DNA of 64,000 nucleotides from an uncultured Candidatus Rokubacteria bacterium (GCA_963758635.1 CAVWWD010000003.1:640001-704000); one strand, 5' to 3'; shown: positions 1 through 10,685, numbered from the stretch's first letter. Program-made: numbers and translations. The notes: generated from the sequence alone by a model not told the origin.

Positions 1-156
1 CCGTATGCGGAGACCCAGGCGTACGTGCGCAAGGTGCTGGAGCTGGCCGGAGACAGCGGCGGCGCCACGCCCGGAGCCATCTACCGGACGGAGGATGCCG
101 AGGGGACGGTGACGTACTCGAACGTCCCCCCGCCCAGTCGCCTGCGCATCCGCTGA
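1..156 (+). CDS. 3' end of lytic transglycosylase-like protein with C-terminal DUF4124-like motif (partial)
   Basis: Frame 1 reads PYAETQAYVRKV (SLT C-terminal motif) then IYRTEDAEGTVTYSNVPP; TGA at 154-156. Confidence 0.65.
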   Translation, partial: PYAETQAYVRKVLELAGDSGGATPGAIYRTEDAEGTVTYSNVPPPSRLRIR

Positions 157-341
157 CCGCGACGCCGGGGCTGGCCGCTGCGCCTGGCTCAGCCGTTGCG
201 GTGCCAGACCATGTCGAGGAAGCGGTCGAGGTGGCCATCCTTGCGAAGGTCCCACGGCCTCGCGCGTGGCCGGATTAAACCCGGCGGCTCGGGCCCCCGC
301 GTTCCGCTGGCCCGCCTCCTGGCCGGGACGATGGGATCTCC

Positions 342-895
342 TCAGCGGGTGAGGCGGGCCAGCTCGCCGAACTCCTCGGCTGTGCCGCGGGCCGAGGAGC
401 TGGAACAGGATGGTCTCGGTGGAGGTGACGACCGCCCCGCCTTGCCGGAGCTGGTCCATGGCCAGCCGCCAGTTCGCCTGGGTGCGGGAGGTGACCGCGT
501 CCGCGGCCACGTGGACGGCGTAGCCCTGCGCGAGCAGGTCGAGCGCCGACATCAGGACGCCGACGTGTGCCTCGATCCCCGTCGAGGACCACTGACCGGG
601 TGCGCGCCCGGGTGAGGGAAGCTCGGACGCCCTCCACGGCGCCACAGGAGAACTCCACCTTCGCGATCGGCTCGACGCCCGGCGCGAGCGTGTCGGAAAG
701 CTCCGGGAGGGTGTGACCGAGCGCCTTCGGGCATTGCTCGGTCAGGACCGTGGCCAGGCCCAGGCGGCGCGCCGCGGTGGCCAGGATCTTGATGTTGCGC
801 ACGACCTCCTCGCGGTGGTCGGCGTCCATGGTGGGGAAGAGACGCTCCTGCACGTCGACAACGAGGAGCGTGGTGCTGGCTCGATCGAGCCGCAT
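342..895 (-). CDS. Isochorismatase-family hydrolase (YcaC-like), frameshifted
   Basis: LLVVDVQERL, TEQCPKALG, KVEFSC; continues in another frame as GIEAHVGVLMSALDLL...ADAVTSR. Confidence 0.8.
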
Positions 896-1207
896 CGGAT
901 GTGGCCCTCGGGCGTCTGGCATCTGGTCCTCCCCCGCGATGAGCTCCACGAGCACCGGCGCCAGCCAGCGCCGGAACGCTCTGGCGATGCCGGCGATCAT
1001 GGTCTCACACTCCGCGACGTCGGCAACGTGTCTGCACGCGCGCCGTCCGTGCTGGCACGGGCCGGGCCCCTCGGATCGGCCGAGGCTGCCAAGAGCGGCC
1101 GTGTTGCGTCATACTGCCTCTGGTCTCCGGGCCATTCGAGGTGCGTGGTCGAGCTCCACCGACGTCTCTTCCCGCGGGATGCCACCCGCCAGCGGAGGGT
1201 TTCCGAG

Positions 1208-2140
1208 ATGAAGATCGCCATCATCGGGCAGCAGGATTTCGGCAAGGCCGTGCTCGAGGCCTGGCTCTCGCGCGGCGGGGAGATCGCCGGGGTGTTCTGC
1301 GCGCCGGAGAAGCCGGGCGCGAAGGCCGATCCGCTGCGCGCCGCCGCGGAGGAGCGGCGGCTCCCCGTGTTCCAGTTCAAGTCGCTGCGGGCTGAGGACG
1401 CGCACGCCGCGCTGCGAGGCCTCGGCGTGGACCTGGCGCTGATGGCCTACGTGCTCCAGTTCGCGCCCGACAGCTTCACGCACCTCCCGCGCCTGGGGAC
1501 GATCCAGTACCATCCCTCGCTGCTGCCCCGGTACCGGGGGCCGTCGTCGATCAACTGGCCGATCATCCGCGGCGACCGCAAGACCGGGCTCACCATCTTC
1601 CGCCCCACCGAGGGGCTCGACGAGGGGCCCGTGGTCCTGCAGCAGGAGTGCGAGATCGGCCCCGACGAGACGCTCGGCGACGTCTACTTCAACAAGCTCT
1701 TCCCGATGGGCGTCTCGGCGCTCCTGGAGGCGGCGGACCTGGTTCTCGCTAGCAAGCAGCGCGAGACCGCCCAGGACGAGTCGCAGGCCACCTACGAGGG
1801 CTGGTGCCGCGAGGCCGAGGCGCGCCTTCACTTCGTCCAGCACGTCGATCACGTGTACGACCTGATCCGCGGCTGCAACCCGGCGCCGGGCGCGTGGACC
1901 ACCCACGAGGGCAAGAAGCTCCAGCTGCTGGACGCGCGCAAGCACGTGGCCCGCCGGTTCGCGGACGTCGCCGGCAAGGTCGGCGAGGTCTGCGAGGTCA
2001 CCGACGCGAGCTTCCGCGTGGTCGCCCAGGGCGGGGTGATCGAGGTGCTGCGCGGGCGCGGCGAGGACGGCCGGAAGGTCTCCGGCGGCGACCTGGCCCG
2101 CGCCCACGGCCTCGCGAAGGGGACCGTGCTGGGCGGCTGA
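1208..2140 (+). CDS. Formyltransferase family protein (Fmt paralogue, 10-formyl-THF dehydrogenase N-domain-like)
   Basis: MKIAIIGQQDFG, HPSLLPRYRG, GLDEGP, IRGCNPAPGAWT. Confidence 0.85.
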   Translation: MKIAIIGQQDFGKAVLEAWLSRGGEIAGVFCAPEKPGAKADPLRAAAEERRLPVFQFKSLRAEDAHAALRGLGVDLALMAYVLQFAPDSFTHLPRLGTIQYHPSLLPRYRGPSSINWPIIRGDRKTGLTIFRPTEGLDEGPVVLQQECEIGPDETLGDVYFNKLFPMGVSALLEAADLVLASKQRETAQDESQATYEGWCREAEARLHFVQHVDHVYDLIRGCNPAPGAWTTHEGKKLQLLDARKHVARRFADVAGKVGEVCEVTDASFRVVAQGGVIEVLRGRGEDGRKVSGGDLARAHGLAKGTVLGG

Positions 2141-2191
2141 GCACCCTCGCTCGGCGTGTCCGGCGCCGCGAGCGCCACCGTGAGCTCGGCC

Positions 2192-3703
2192 TCAGAATTT
2201 CCGGTCCAGACCCCGGTACTGGATGGCCTCGGCGACGTGCTCGGTGGTGATCGTGTCGCTCTCGGCGAGGTCGGCGATGGTCCTGGCCACCTTGAGGATC
2301 CGGTGGTACGCGCGGGCCGACAGCCCGAACTTCTGGGTGGCGAGGGCGAGCAGCTGCGCGGCCTCCGCGGGGACGGCGCAGTGCCGGCGCTGCTGCCTGA
2401 CCGTCATGACCGCGTTGAGCCGCGTGGGCGTGCCGGCGAAGCGCGCGGCTTGCCGCAGCCGGGCCGCCTGCACCCGGGCGCGGATCACCGCGGATGGCTC
2501 GCCAGCACCCTCGCCGCGCAGTTCGGCGAACGACACCGCGGGCAGCTCCAGGTGCAGGTCGATTCGATCCAGCACGGGCCCGGAGATGCGGCCCAGGTAG
2601 TGCTCGCGCTCTGCCGGGCTGCACACGCAGCGGGCGAGCGAGACGCACCCGCGACGGCAGGGATTGGCCGCGGCCACGAGCTGAAAGCGCGCCGGGAAGG
2701 TGGCGCTGCCCGCCGATCGCGCGACCGTGACCTGGCCCTCCTCCAGCGGCTGCCGTAGCCCCTCGAGCACGCGCGGCGAGAACTCGGGAAGCTCGTCCAT
2801 GAAGAGCACGCCCGTATGGGCGAGGCTCACCTCGCCGGGGTGCGGCGTGCGGCCTCCGCCGATCAACCCCGCGTCGGAGACGCTGGAGTGGGGCGCGCGG
2901 AACGGCGGGGCGGTGAGGAGCCCGCGATCGGGAGGCAGAAGACCGGCCACGCTCCAGATCACCGAGGCCTCCATGGAGTCCTCGCGGGACGGCTGGGGCA
3001 GGATGGTCGGCAGCCGGCGGGCGAGCATGGTCTTCCCCACGCCAGGCGGCCCCACCATGATCACGTTGTGACCGCCCGCGGCGGCGACCTCGAGCGCCCG
3101 CTTGGCGAAGGCCTGGCCGCGCACGTCGGCGAAGTCGGCGGGATCGGCAGGGACGGCCGAGCCGGACGGAGGCGAGGCGGACGGCACGGCGCGCTCGCCG
3201 TTCAGGTACTCGACGGCCTCCGGAAGCGACGTCAGCGGGACCACGTCGAGCCCCTCCACGACCGCGGCTTCCGTGGCGTTCCCCGCCGGCACCAGCAGGT
3301 GCGGGATGCCCTCACGGCGGCAGAGGAGCGCCACCGGCAGGACCCCGCGCACGGGCCGGAGGCCGCCGTCCAGCGAGAGCTCGCCCAGCACGAGGGTCCG
3401 CTCCAACCGATCGCGCTTGACCACCTCCGTGGCCACCAGAAGGCTGAGCGCCATGGGCAGGTCGAAGGCGGGCCCTTCCTTGCGGAGGTCCGCGGGTGCA
3501 AGATTGACCGTGATCCGCTCCATGGGGAAGTTGAAACCGGTGTTCTTGATCGCGCTGCGGATGCGGTCGCGGCTCTCGCGGATCGACGAGTCGGGCAGCC
3601 CGACGGTGGTGAAGGCGGGGAGGCCGTACTGCACGTCCACCTCCACCGAGACGATGGCGGCCTCGATTCCGCGCAGCGTCGCCGAGCGCACCCATGCGAG
3701 CAT
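2192..3703 (-). CDS. comM: YifB/ComM family Mg-chelatase-like AAA ATPase
   Basis: ITVNLAPADLRKEG, GPPGVGKT, PFRAPH, SARAYHRILKVARTIADL. Confidence 0.92.
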   Translation of the reverse strand: MLAWVRSATLRGIEAAIVSVEVDVQYGLPAFTTVGLPDSSIRESRDRIRSAIKNTGFNFPMERITVNLAPADLRKEGPAFDLPMALSLLVATEVVKRDRLERTLVLGELSLDGGLRPVRGVLPVALLCRREGIPHLLVPAGNATEAAVVEGLDVVPLTSLPEAVEYLNGERAVPSASPPSGSAVPADPADFADVRGQAFAKRALEVAAAGGHNVIMVGPPGVGKTMLARRLPTILPQPSREDSMEASVIWSVAGLLPPDRGLLTAPPFRAPHSSVSDAGLIGGGRTPHPGEVSLAHTGVLFMDELPEFSPRVLEGLRQPLEEGQVTVARSAGSATFPARFQLVAAANPCRRGCVSLARCVCSPAEREHYLGRISGPVLDRIDLHLELPAVSFAELRGEGAGEPSAVIRARVQAARLRQAARFAGTPTRLNAVMTVRQQRRHCAVPAEAAQLLALATQKFGLSARAYHRILKVARTIADLAESDTITTEHVAEAIQYRGLDRKF

Positions 3704-3827
3704 GGGCAGAGTGTTGGCGGGCCGCGCGTGCCGTCAATGTCCCGGATCGGATACACGGGCGCGAACAAACGGGCCGGGTGGATTCGTCGAACCCGAGCTC
3801 GATTCGGGTTCCTCCAGGAGGAGGGAC

Positions 3828-4397
3828 ATGATGATCACCCGCTGTCTGACCCTCGTGGCCGTCACGCTGAGTCTGGTCTCGCCCGCCGCCGCCGCGGATC
3901 GGGAGCCGTTCTTTCCCCTCTCCCACGAGGAGCTGAGCCGGGCCCTCGGGGACCTGATGGGCCAGATCCAGGGAATGGGCACGCGATGGCGGGAGCACCT
4001 CTTGCCTCCCGAAGGCGCCGAGCCGCCGCTGATCAGCATCGCGCTCAGCCACCGGGCCGAGCTCGCCCTCACCTCCCAGCAAGTGGACGCGCTCGAGCGG
4101 CTGCGGACCAGCTTCCAGCGCGAGGCGATCAAGAGGGACGCCGATCTCCGGGTGGCGGAGATGGACCTGGCCGCCCTCCGTCGCGTCGAGCCGGTGGATC
4201 TGGGACAGGTCGAGGCGAAGGTCCGGGAGATCGAGCGGTTGAAGGCCGACCTGCGCGTGGCGCGGATCCGGACGATCGAGCAGGGCCGCGCCCAGCTCAC
4301 GCCGGAGCAGCGCGAGAAGCTCCGGGCCCTGGTCGGAGGCGGCGAGCCGCCGGCCCGCTCGCGCGCCGCCACCCCGCCGCCGCGCGAGCGCCTCTAG
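3828..4397 (+). CDS. Exported Spy/CpxP-like (LTxxQ motif) protein
   Basis: Signal peptide; LTSQQ and LTPEQREKL motifs; GGAGG RBS upstream. Confidence 0.7.
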   Translation: MMITRCLTLVAVTLSLVSPAAAADREPFFPLSHEELSRALGDLMGQIQGMGTRWREHLLPPEGAEPPLISIALSHRAELALTSQQVDALERLRTSFQREAIKRDADLRVAEMDLAALRRVEPVDLGQVEAKVREIERLKADLRVARIRTIEQGRAQLTPEQREKLRALVGGGEPPARSRAATPPPRERL

Positions 4398-4475
4398 TGA
4401 GCCCCGCGCATCAGACGAATGCCGAGCGGTGGGACTGTAGAGGCCCGTGGCGGTTACCGCATTCGGCGAGGGTCA
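4398..4475. repeat. 78-bp dispersed element with terminal inverted repeats, copy 1
   Basis: About 90% identical to 10608-10685 (reverse) and 55857-55933. Confidence 0.9.
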
Positions 4476-4498
4476 TGAGCGCGCGCGGCCCGCCTGGC

Positions 4499-5452
4499 CT
4501 ACTGATTGAGGCGCCGGCGGGCGAAGCCGAGGAGGCCCTGGGGCATGAAGATCACCATGGCGGTGAAGATGATGCCCACGGGGATGAGGTAGTACTCGGT
4601 CCAGAACCGCGAGACCCCCTCGCGGAGCAGCAGGAAGAAGGCCGCGCCCGCGATGGGCCCGACCAGCGTGCCGATCCCGCCCATCACGTTGAAGATCACC
4701 ACCTCGCCGGAGATCACGAAGAACACGAAGTCCGGCGCGGCGAACTTGTTCTGCACGGCGTAGAGCACCCCGGCCAGCCCCGCGAAGAGCGCCGACAGCA
4801 TCACCGCCACGATCTTGTAGCGCTCCACGTGGTACCCGATGGCCCGGGTGCGCGGCTCGTTCTCCCGGATCGACTGGAGCACCATGCCGAAGGGCGACTG
4901 GGTGACCCGCCGGAGGAACAGGTAGGAGATCGTCACCACCGCGAGCACGAACCAGTGCAAGGTGGCCGGGGTGAAGCGCGCGTTGACGAGGCCCGGGATG
5001 CTGAAGGCGGGCTGGCTGAACGTGAGGCCGTTCTCGCCGCCCGTCACCTCCGTCCACGTGAAGATGATGACGTAGAAGATCTGTGAGAAGACCAGGGTCG
5101 TGATCGAGAAGTAGATCTCCCGCAGTCGCGTGGCGAAGAAGGCCACGAAGGCCCCGACCACCGCCGCGGCGACCAGGCCCGCCCCGATGGCCAGCCAGAG
5201 GTTGGCCGGCTTCAGCCAGAGGAGCATGGCCGCTGCCCCGTACATCCCGAGGCCGAAGAAGGCGGAGTGCCCGAACGAGACCATGCCGGTGTAGCCGATC
5301 AGGATGTCCGAGGACATCGCGAGGAGCCCCCAGATCAGGATCTCGGTCACGAAGCGGCGCCAGAACTCGGGGAGCACGAGGGGCGCCACGATGAGGAGGG
5401 CCAGGATCGCCGCGAAGCCGATCCAGTACGCCGTCTGATTCGGTCGGTTCAT
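4499..5452 (-). CDS. livM: Branched-chain amino acid ABC permease (LivM-like)
   Basis: GYTGMVSFGHSAFFG, TGGENG, SIRENE. Confidence 0.88.
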   Translation of the reverse strand: MNRPNQTAYWIGFAAILALLIVAPLVLPEFWRRFVTEILIWGLLAMSSDILIGYTGMVSFGHSAFFGLGMYGAAAMLLWLKPANLWLAIGAGLVAAAVVGAFVAFFATRLREIYFSITTLVFSQIFYVIIFTWTEVTGGENGLTFSQPAFSIPGLVNARFTPATLHWFVLAVVTISYLFLRRVTQSPFGMVLQSIRENEPRTRAIGYHVERYKIVAVMLSALFAGLAGVLYAVQNKFAAPDFVFFVISGEVVIFNVMGGIGTLVGPIAGAAFFLLLREGVSRFWTEYYLIPVGIIFTAMVIFMPQGLLGFARRRLNQ

Positions 5453-5474
5453 CGCGGGCGCGTCCCTCGTCCGC

Positions 5475-6350
5475 TCATTTGGCGGTGGGGGTGGGGACGA
5501 AGAGCCCCGTGGGCCGGAAGAGGAGGGTGAGGATGAGGACGACGAACGACACGATGACCGCCTGGGCGGGGCTCACGATCAGGGACGCGTAGGCCTCGAG
5601 CAGGCTGATGAGCATGGCGGCGAGGATCGATCCCCCGAGATTGCCCATGCCCCCGACCACGACCACGATGAACGCGCGCAGCGTGAAGTCGAAGCCGATG
5701 TTGTGGGTGACGCCGGCGATCGGGCCGAACAGCACCCCACTCGACGCGGCCATCGCCGCGCCGATGGCGAACACCACGGTGTGCACGAGCGGCACCGGGA
5801 TGCCCATCGCCTGGGCCATCACCCGGTCCTGGGTCGTCGCGCGGATCCACACGCCGAAGCGCGCGTACTTCAGGAAGACGTAGAGCGCCCCGATGATGGC
5901 CGCGGACAGGACCGCGGTGAGGATGCGGTACCAGGGGTACTCCAGGTAGAAGAGCGGGAACTGCGCGGTGACCGGCTCCTGGATTTTCCGCGCGGTGGGG
6001 CCCCATTGCCAGATCGCGTACTTCTGGAGCACGAGCGACACGCCGAAGGTGGCGAGGATGGTCGTGAGGGGGTCGCGGCCGAGGAGCGGGCGCAGCGTGG
6101 TGACCTGGAGCGCGGCGCCGAACACGGCCAGGGCCAGCGCCGCGGCGAGGATCGCGATCCAGAAGTTGCCCGTCGCCGCGATGGTGGTGGCGCCCACGAA
6201 GCCCCCCAGCATGACGAGGTCGCCGTGGGCGAAGTTCACCACGTCCATGATGCCGAAGATGAGGGTGAGGCCGGAGGCGACGAGGGCGAGGATGAGCCCG
6301 TTGACGAGGCCGTTGACGGTCTGGATCAGGATCTGGTCGAGGGGGATCAT
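5475..6350 (-). CDS. livH: Branched-chain amino acid ABC permease (LivH-like)
   Basis: GLTLIFGIMDVVNFAHG, VVVGGMGN. Confidence 0.88.
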   Translation of the reverse strand: MIPLDQILIQTVNGLVNGLILALVASGLTLIFGIMDVVNFAHGDLVMLGGFVGATTIAATGNFWIAILAAALALAVFGAALQVTTLRPLLGRDPLTTILATFGVSLVLQKYAIWQWGPTARKIQEPVTAQFPLFYLEYPWYRILTAVLSAAIIGALYVFLKYARFGVWIRATTQDRVMAQAMGIPVPLVHTVVFAIGAAMAASSGVLFGPIAGVTHNIGFDFTLRAFIVVVVGGMGNLGGSILAAMLISLLEAYASLIVSPAQAVIVSFVVLILTLLFRPTGLFVPTPTAK

Positions 6351-6356
6351 CGGCCG

Positions 6357-7091
6357 CTACACGCCCAGGTACTGGTGGATGACCGCGTCGTCGGCCTTGA
6401 GCGCGGCCGCCGTCGCGTGGTGGCGGACTGCGCCCTTCTCCATGATGTAGACACGGCTCGACGCGTCCAGCGTCATGGGGACGTTCTGCTCCACGAGCAG
6501 GATCGCCACGCCTTCCTGCCTGAGCACGTCGATGATCTGGCGGATCTGACCGACCATGCGCGGCATCAGGCCCTCCGTCGGCTCGTCGAGCAGGATGATC
6601 TTCGGCTCGAGCATCATCGCCCGGGCGATGGCGAGCATCTGCTGCTCGCCGCCCGACAGCGTCCCCCCCGCCTGCTCCTGGCGCTCGGCGAGGACGGGGA
6701 AGTAGTGGTAGGCCTTCTCGAGGAGCTCGCGTCGGCGGCCCTCGCTCACGCCGGCGCGATCGACCCCGGTGCGCAGGTTCTCGATCACGGAGAGGAAGCG
6801 GAAGATCCTGCGGTCCTCCGGCACGTAGCCGATGCCCGCGCGGGCCAGCCGGTGGGGAGCCAGGCCGACGATGGGCCGGCCCTCGAAGGCGATCTGGCCC
6901 TGGGTCGGCCGCACCAGGCCCATGATGCTCTTGAGGGTCGTGCTCTTGCCCACCCCGTTGCGTCCGAGGAGGCCCACGACCTCGCCCCGGCCCACCTCGA
7001 GGGACACGCCGTGCAGGATGTGGCTCTTGCCGTAGTGGGTGTGGATCTGCTCCACCCTGATCAGGGGACCGCCGGCGGCGGGCGTCGTCAT
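6357..7091 (-). CDS. livF: ABC ATP-binding protein (LivF-like)
   Basis: GRNGVGKST, LSGGEQQMLAIARA, LLDEP. Confidence 0.9.
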   Translation of the reverse strand: MTTPAAGGPLIRVEQIHTHYGKSHILHGVSLEVGRGEVVGLLGRNGVGKSTTLKSIMGLVRPTQGQIAFEGRPIVGLAPHRLARAGIGYVPEDRRIFRFLSVIENLRTGVDRAGVSEGRRRELLEKAYHYFPVLAERQEQAGGTLSGGEQQMLAIARAMMLEPKIILLDEPTEGLMPRMVGQIRQIIDVLRQEGVAILLVEQNVPMTLDASSRVYIMEKGAVRHHATAAALKADDAVIHQYLGV

Positions 7092-7098
7092 GGCGGGG

Positions 7099-7905
7099 TC
7101 ACGTCTTCAGGTAGACTTCCTGGACGCGCGGGTTCGCCTGGATCTCCGCGGGGCCGCCCTCGGCGAGGACCGCGCCGTAGTGCAGCACGGTGATCCGATG
7201 GGCGAGCCCCATCACCACTTCCATGTCGTGCTCGACGATGAGGATGGTGAGGTTGGCGGCGATCCGTCGCACCAGCTCCACCGTGGCATGCGTCTCCGTC
7301 ACGCTCATGCCCGCGGTGGGCTCGTCCAGGCAGAGCAGCGACGGCTCGGTGGCCAGCGCGATGCCGATCTCGAGGTTCCGCTGCTCGCCGTGGGAGAGGT
7401 TGGCGGCGAGCTCGTCCTCCTTGCCGCCGAGGCCCACCGACTCGAGGATCCCGAGGCTCCGGTCGATGAGGTCCCGGTACGCGCTGTGGTGGGTGAGCAG
7501 GCTCCAGCCGTGGCGGCGCGACTGGGCGGCGATCCGCACGTTCTCGAGCGTGGTCGCGTTGGGCAGGATGTTCGTGATCTGGTACGAGCGGGCGATGCCC
7601 CGGCGGGAGATGGCGTGCGGGGGAAGCCCGGCCACGTCGGCGCCCTGGAACAGGATGCGCCCGCTCGTGGGTCGCAGGACGCCGGTCAGGCAGTTGAAGA
7701 AGGTGCTCTTGCCCGCGCCGTTGGGGCCGATGATGGCGCGGATCTCCCCCCGGGACACGCTGACGCTGACGTTGTCGAGGGCGGTGAGGCCCCCGAACCG
7801 GACGGTGAGCCCCTCGGTGCGGAGGACAACGTCGGCAGACGCGCCGCCGCCCCGGCTGGCGATCCCGGCCGGGGCGGCGGCGGTCGACGCGTCGCTCTTT
7901 TCCAC
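7099..7905 (-). CDS. livG: ABC ATP-binding protein (LivG-like)
   Basis: GPNGAGKST, LSHGEQR, LDEPTAG, VEHDM; GTG start overlaps upstream stop. Confidence 0.88.
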   Translation of the reverse strand: MEKSDASTAAAPAGIASRGGGASADVVLRTEGLTVRFGGLTALDNVSVSVSRGEIRAIIGPNGAGKSTFFNCLTGVLRPTSGRILFQGADVAGLPPHAISRRGIARSYQITNILPNATTLENVRIAAQSRRHGWSLLTHHSAYRDLIDRSLGILESVGLGGKEDELAANLSHGEQRNLEIGIALATEPSLLCLDEPTAGMSVTETHATVELVRRIAANLTILIVEHDMEVVMGLAHRITVLHYGAVLAEGGPAEIQANPRVQEVYLKT

Positions 7906-9212
7906 TAGGCGAACTTGCAGGCGACCGGGACGATGGTCTTCTCCTTGGGAATGACCTCGAGGATCTTGTAGCTCTTGCCCTTCAGCTCGTAGATGAACTC
8001 CCGCACGAAGGCCTGGTGATCCTCCTTGCGAAGGGTCTTGTCGCCCTGCGGGAAGTCCTCGCTCTCCTTCATCTCGAGGCCCTCGAGCGCCTCGATGAGC
8101 TTCATCGTGTCCTCGCGGCCCTTGAACCCCGACTTCTGCATGCCGACCTTGAGGGCGTTGACCCCCTCGTAGTTCGACTGCACGTAGCGGTCGGGCCGAG
8201 GGCCCGACGGGTCGATGGCCTTGAGGCGGGTCATCGACTCGTCGAGGAACTTCTTGTGGTGCGGAGTGTTGAGGGGCCCTTCTAGCGTGGGCACGTACCG
8301 GTCGATGCCGATGAAACCCTCGCCCTTGGTGCCGATGGCGGGCAGGTTCACGTCCACCGCCATCGCGCCGTCGCCCGCGATCTTGTACTTCTTCGACATG
8401 CCGAGGTCGAAGGTCTGGTTGATGAACGCCACGCCCTGGGGGCCGAAGAAGATGCCGAAGAGGCCGTCGAACGTTCCCGTGATCTTGGACAGGAATGGCG
8501 TCATGTCCGCGGTGCCGAGGGGAATGCCGATGGTGCCGACGACCTCGCCGCCGTTCTTCTTGATCTCCGCCGACGAAGGCGTCCTTGGTGGACTGCCCCC
8601 ACGCGTAGTCGGCGAAGGCGATGTGCCACTTCTTGCCGATCTTGTTCACCATGTAGGGAGTGGCGGCCACCGCCTGCGCCGGCGCGAAGTCGAAGGGACG
8701 GAAGGTGTACCGGCTGCACTTGCTCTGGGTGATCGTGGTGTCCAGGCACACCGTGACCATGTTGACGAGCTTGTGCTCCTCGTACACCGGCATGCACGCC
8801 AGGCACACGTTGGAGAGGTAGCCGCCGGCGTGCGCGTCGATCTTGTCCTCGACGCACGAGCTTCTCCGCCTTGCGCCGGCCGACGTCGGGCTTGGACTCG
8901 TAGTCGGCCACGAGCGAGCTCGATGGGCCGCCCGCTGATCCCGCCCGACTTGTTGATGCGGTCCACCGCCATCTGCACGCCGACGAGCGCGGTCTTGCCG
9001 CCCGCCGCCGCCGTGCCGGAGAGCGGCTGGAGCGTGCCGATCTTGAAGGGCTTGGCCTGGCCGAACGCGGCGCGCCACGGGGCCGGCACGAGCATGGTGG
9101 CGCCGAGCGCGCCGGCGGCGGTGGCGCCGACGGCGAGGAAGCGCCGGCGCGTCGTCTTGCCGCTCCACCACATGTCCTGCGCCCAGGGCTCGCGTGTCCA
9201 CTCTCCGCTCAT
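7905..9212 (-). CDS. ABC substrate-binding protein (LivK-like) with Tat-like signal, frameshifted
   Basis: TRRRFLAVG; KIGTLQPLSG; ADYAWGQS; split over several frames. Confidence 0.82.
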
Positions 9213-10545
9213 GAGTGGTTCCTCCTGTCGGGTATCGGGCGCTCGGCGATCCGCCGCCCGGAGCGCCTCGTTGAAGACCTCGATGGTGCGGCTGATCTCC
9301 GCCTCTCCGTGGGCGAGCGATACGTAAACTTCTGCGCCGCCTTGAGGATCCCGCGCTCGAGCAGCTCGCGCGTGTACGCGGCGTGGAGCTCCGCGTCGGC
9401 GGTGAGGGTGGCCCGGTAGTCGGTGATGGGGCGGTCGGTGAAGTAGATCTCGAACACCGGCGCCTCGCCCGCCACCTGCGCGGTCACGCCGGCGGCGCGC
9501 GCGGCGTTCTCGAGCGCCTGCTTCACGCGCGTGCCGTGGCGAACAGCCGCTCGTACGCGCCGGGCCGCCGGAGCTCGGCCAGCGTGGCCAGGCCGGCGGC
9601 GGCGGCGATCGGGATTGCCGTTCAGGGTGCCGGCCTGGGTGACGAACTCCGGCGTGCCCTCGAGGGCGGGCGCCAGGTGCCGCATGATCTCGGCCCGGCC
9701 CGACGACCGCGGCGAGCGGGAAGCCGCCGCCGATGATCTTGCCGAGGGCGGCCAGGTCGGGCACCACGCCGTAGTACTCCTGCGCGCCGCCGTAGGCGAA
9801 GCGGAATCCGGTGACGATCTCGTCGAAGATGAGCGGCACGTCGTACCGGCGCGTGATCTCCCGTACGCCCGGGAGGAACCCGCGGGCGGGCACGATGAGC
9901 CGCTGGAACGGCTCCAGGATGACCGCGGCCAGGTCCTGATGGTGCGCGGCGACGATGGCCTCCGTCTCGGCCAGGTCGTTGAACGGCGCGACCAGGACCT
10001 GCTCCTGGATGGCGTGCGGGATGCCCGCCGAGTCCGGCGTCGGGGCCGGGAACGCCTTGGGCGACCGCGGGCTCACGCTCATCAGCGAGTAGTCGTGGGT
10101 GCCGTGGAACCCGCCCTCGAACTTCAGGATCTTGTCGCGCTTGCGGAACGCGCGCGCCACCCGGAGCGCCAAGAACGTGGCCTCCGTGCCCGTGGACGTG
10201 AATCGGATCTGCTCGGCGCACGGCACCGCGCGGCAGATCTCCTCGGCCAGCGCGAGCGTGGGCTCGCTCACCTGGAAGTACGTCGTCCGCGCGAGAGCTG
10301 CGCCTCGACCGCGGCGACCACCGCCGGATGCGCGTGGCCGAGCACCAGGGGCCCGCTGCCCAGCAGATAGTCGATGTACTCGCGGCCCGACACGTCGCGG
10401 ATGCGGGCGCCCGCCGCCTCGCGTACGACGAAGGCGAGCTCCGGCGGGGCGGAGTAGCCGCCGAGGATGCCGCCGGGAAGCAGCCGGGCGGCCTTCGCAG
10501 AGCAGCGCGTCTTCTTCGGGAGTGCGGATCAGGCGAACGTGCCAT
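9209..10545 (-). CDS. Class III PLP aminotransferase (GSA aminomutase-like), frameshifted
   Basis: FTSTGTEAT, FEGGFHG, FDEIVTGFR, LGKIIGGGFP, GTLNGNP. Confidence 0.82.
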
Positions 10546-10607
10546 CGGGCCCCTAGGGGTCGAAAGTTGGACTCTTATACCCTAACCACCCTGGCCGCGC
10601 AACCTGA

Positions 10608-10685
10608 TGACCCTCGCAGAGTGCGGTAACCGCCACGGGCCTCTACAGGCCGAGCGCTCGGCATTGGTCTGATGCGCGAGGCTCA
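10608..10685. repeat. 78-bp dispersed element, copy 2 (inverted; overlaps 3' end of DinB ORF)
   Basis: Reverse complement matches copy 1 at 71/78 positions. Confidence 0.9.

Noticed and set aside
189..300. Short minus-strand coding-like stretch (...WDLRKDGHLDRFLDMVWHRNG*)
   Set aside because: No convincing start or family match; cannot be supported
4398..4475. 78-nt element as a tRNA or integron attC site
   Set aside because: No T-loop, D-loop or CCA on either strand; no RYYYAAC/GTTRRRY cores and no integrase
8646..10271. Apparent aminotransferase / binding-protein fusion ORF
   Set aside because: Product of frameshifts; the binding protein has its own AGGAGG RBS and ATG at 9212
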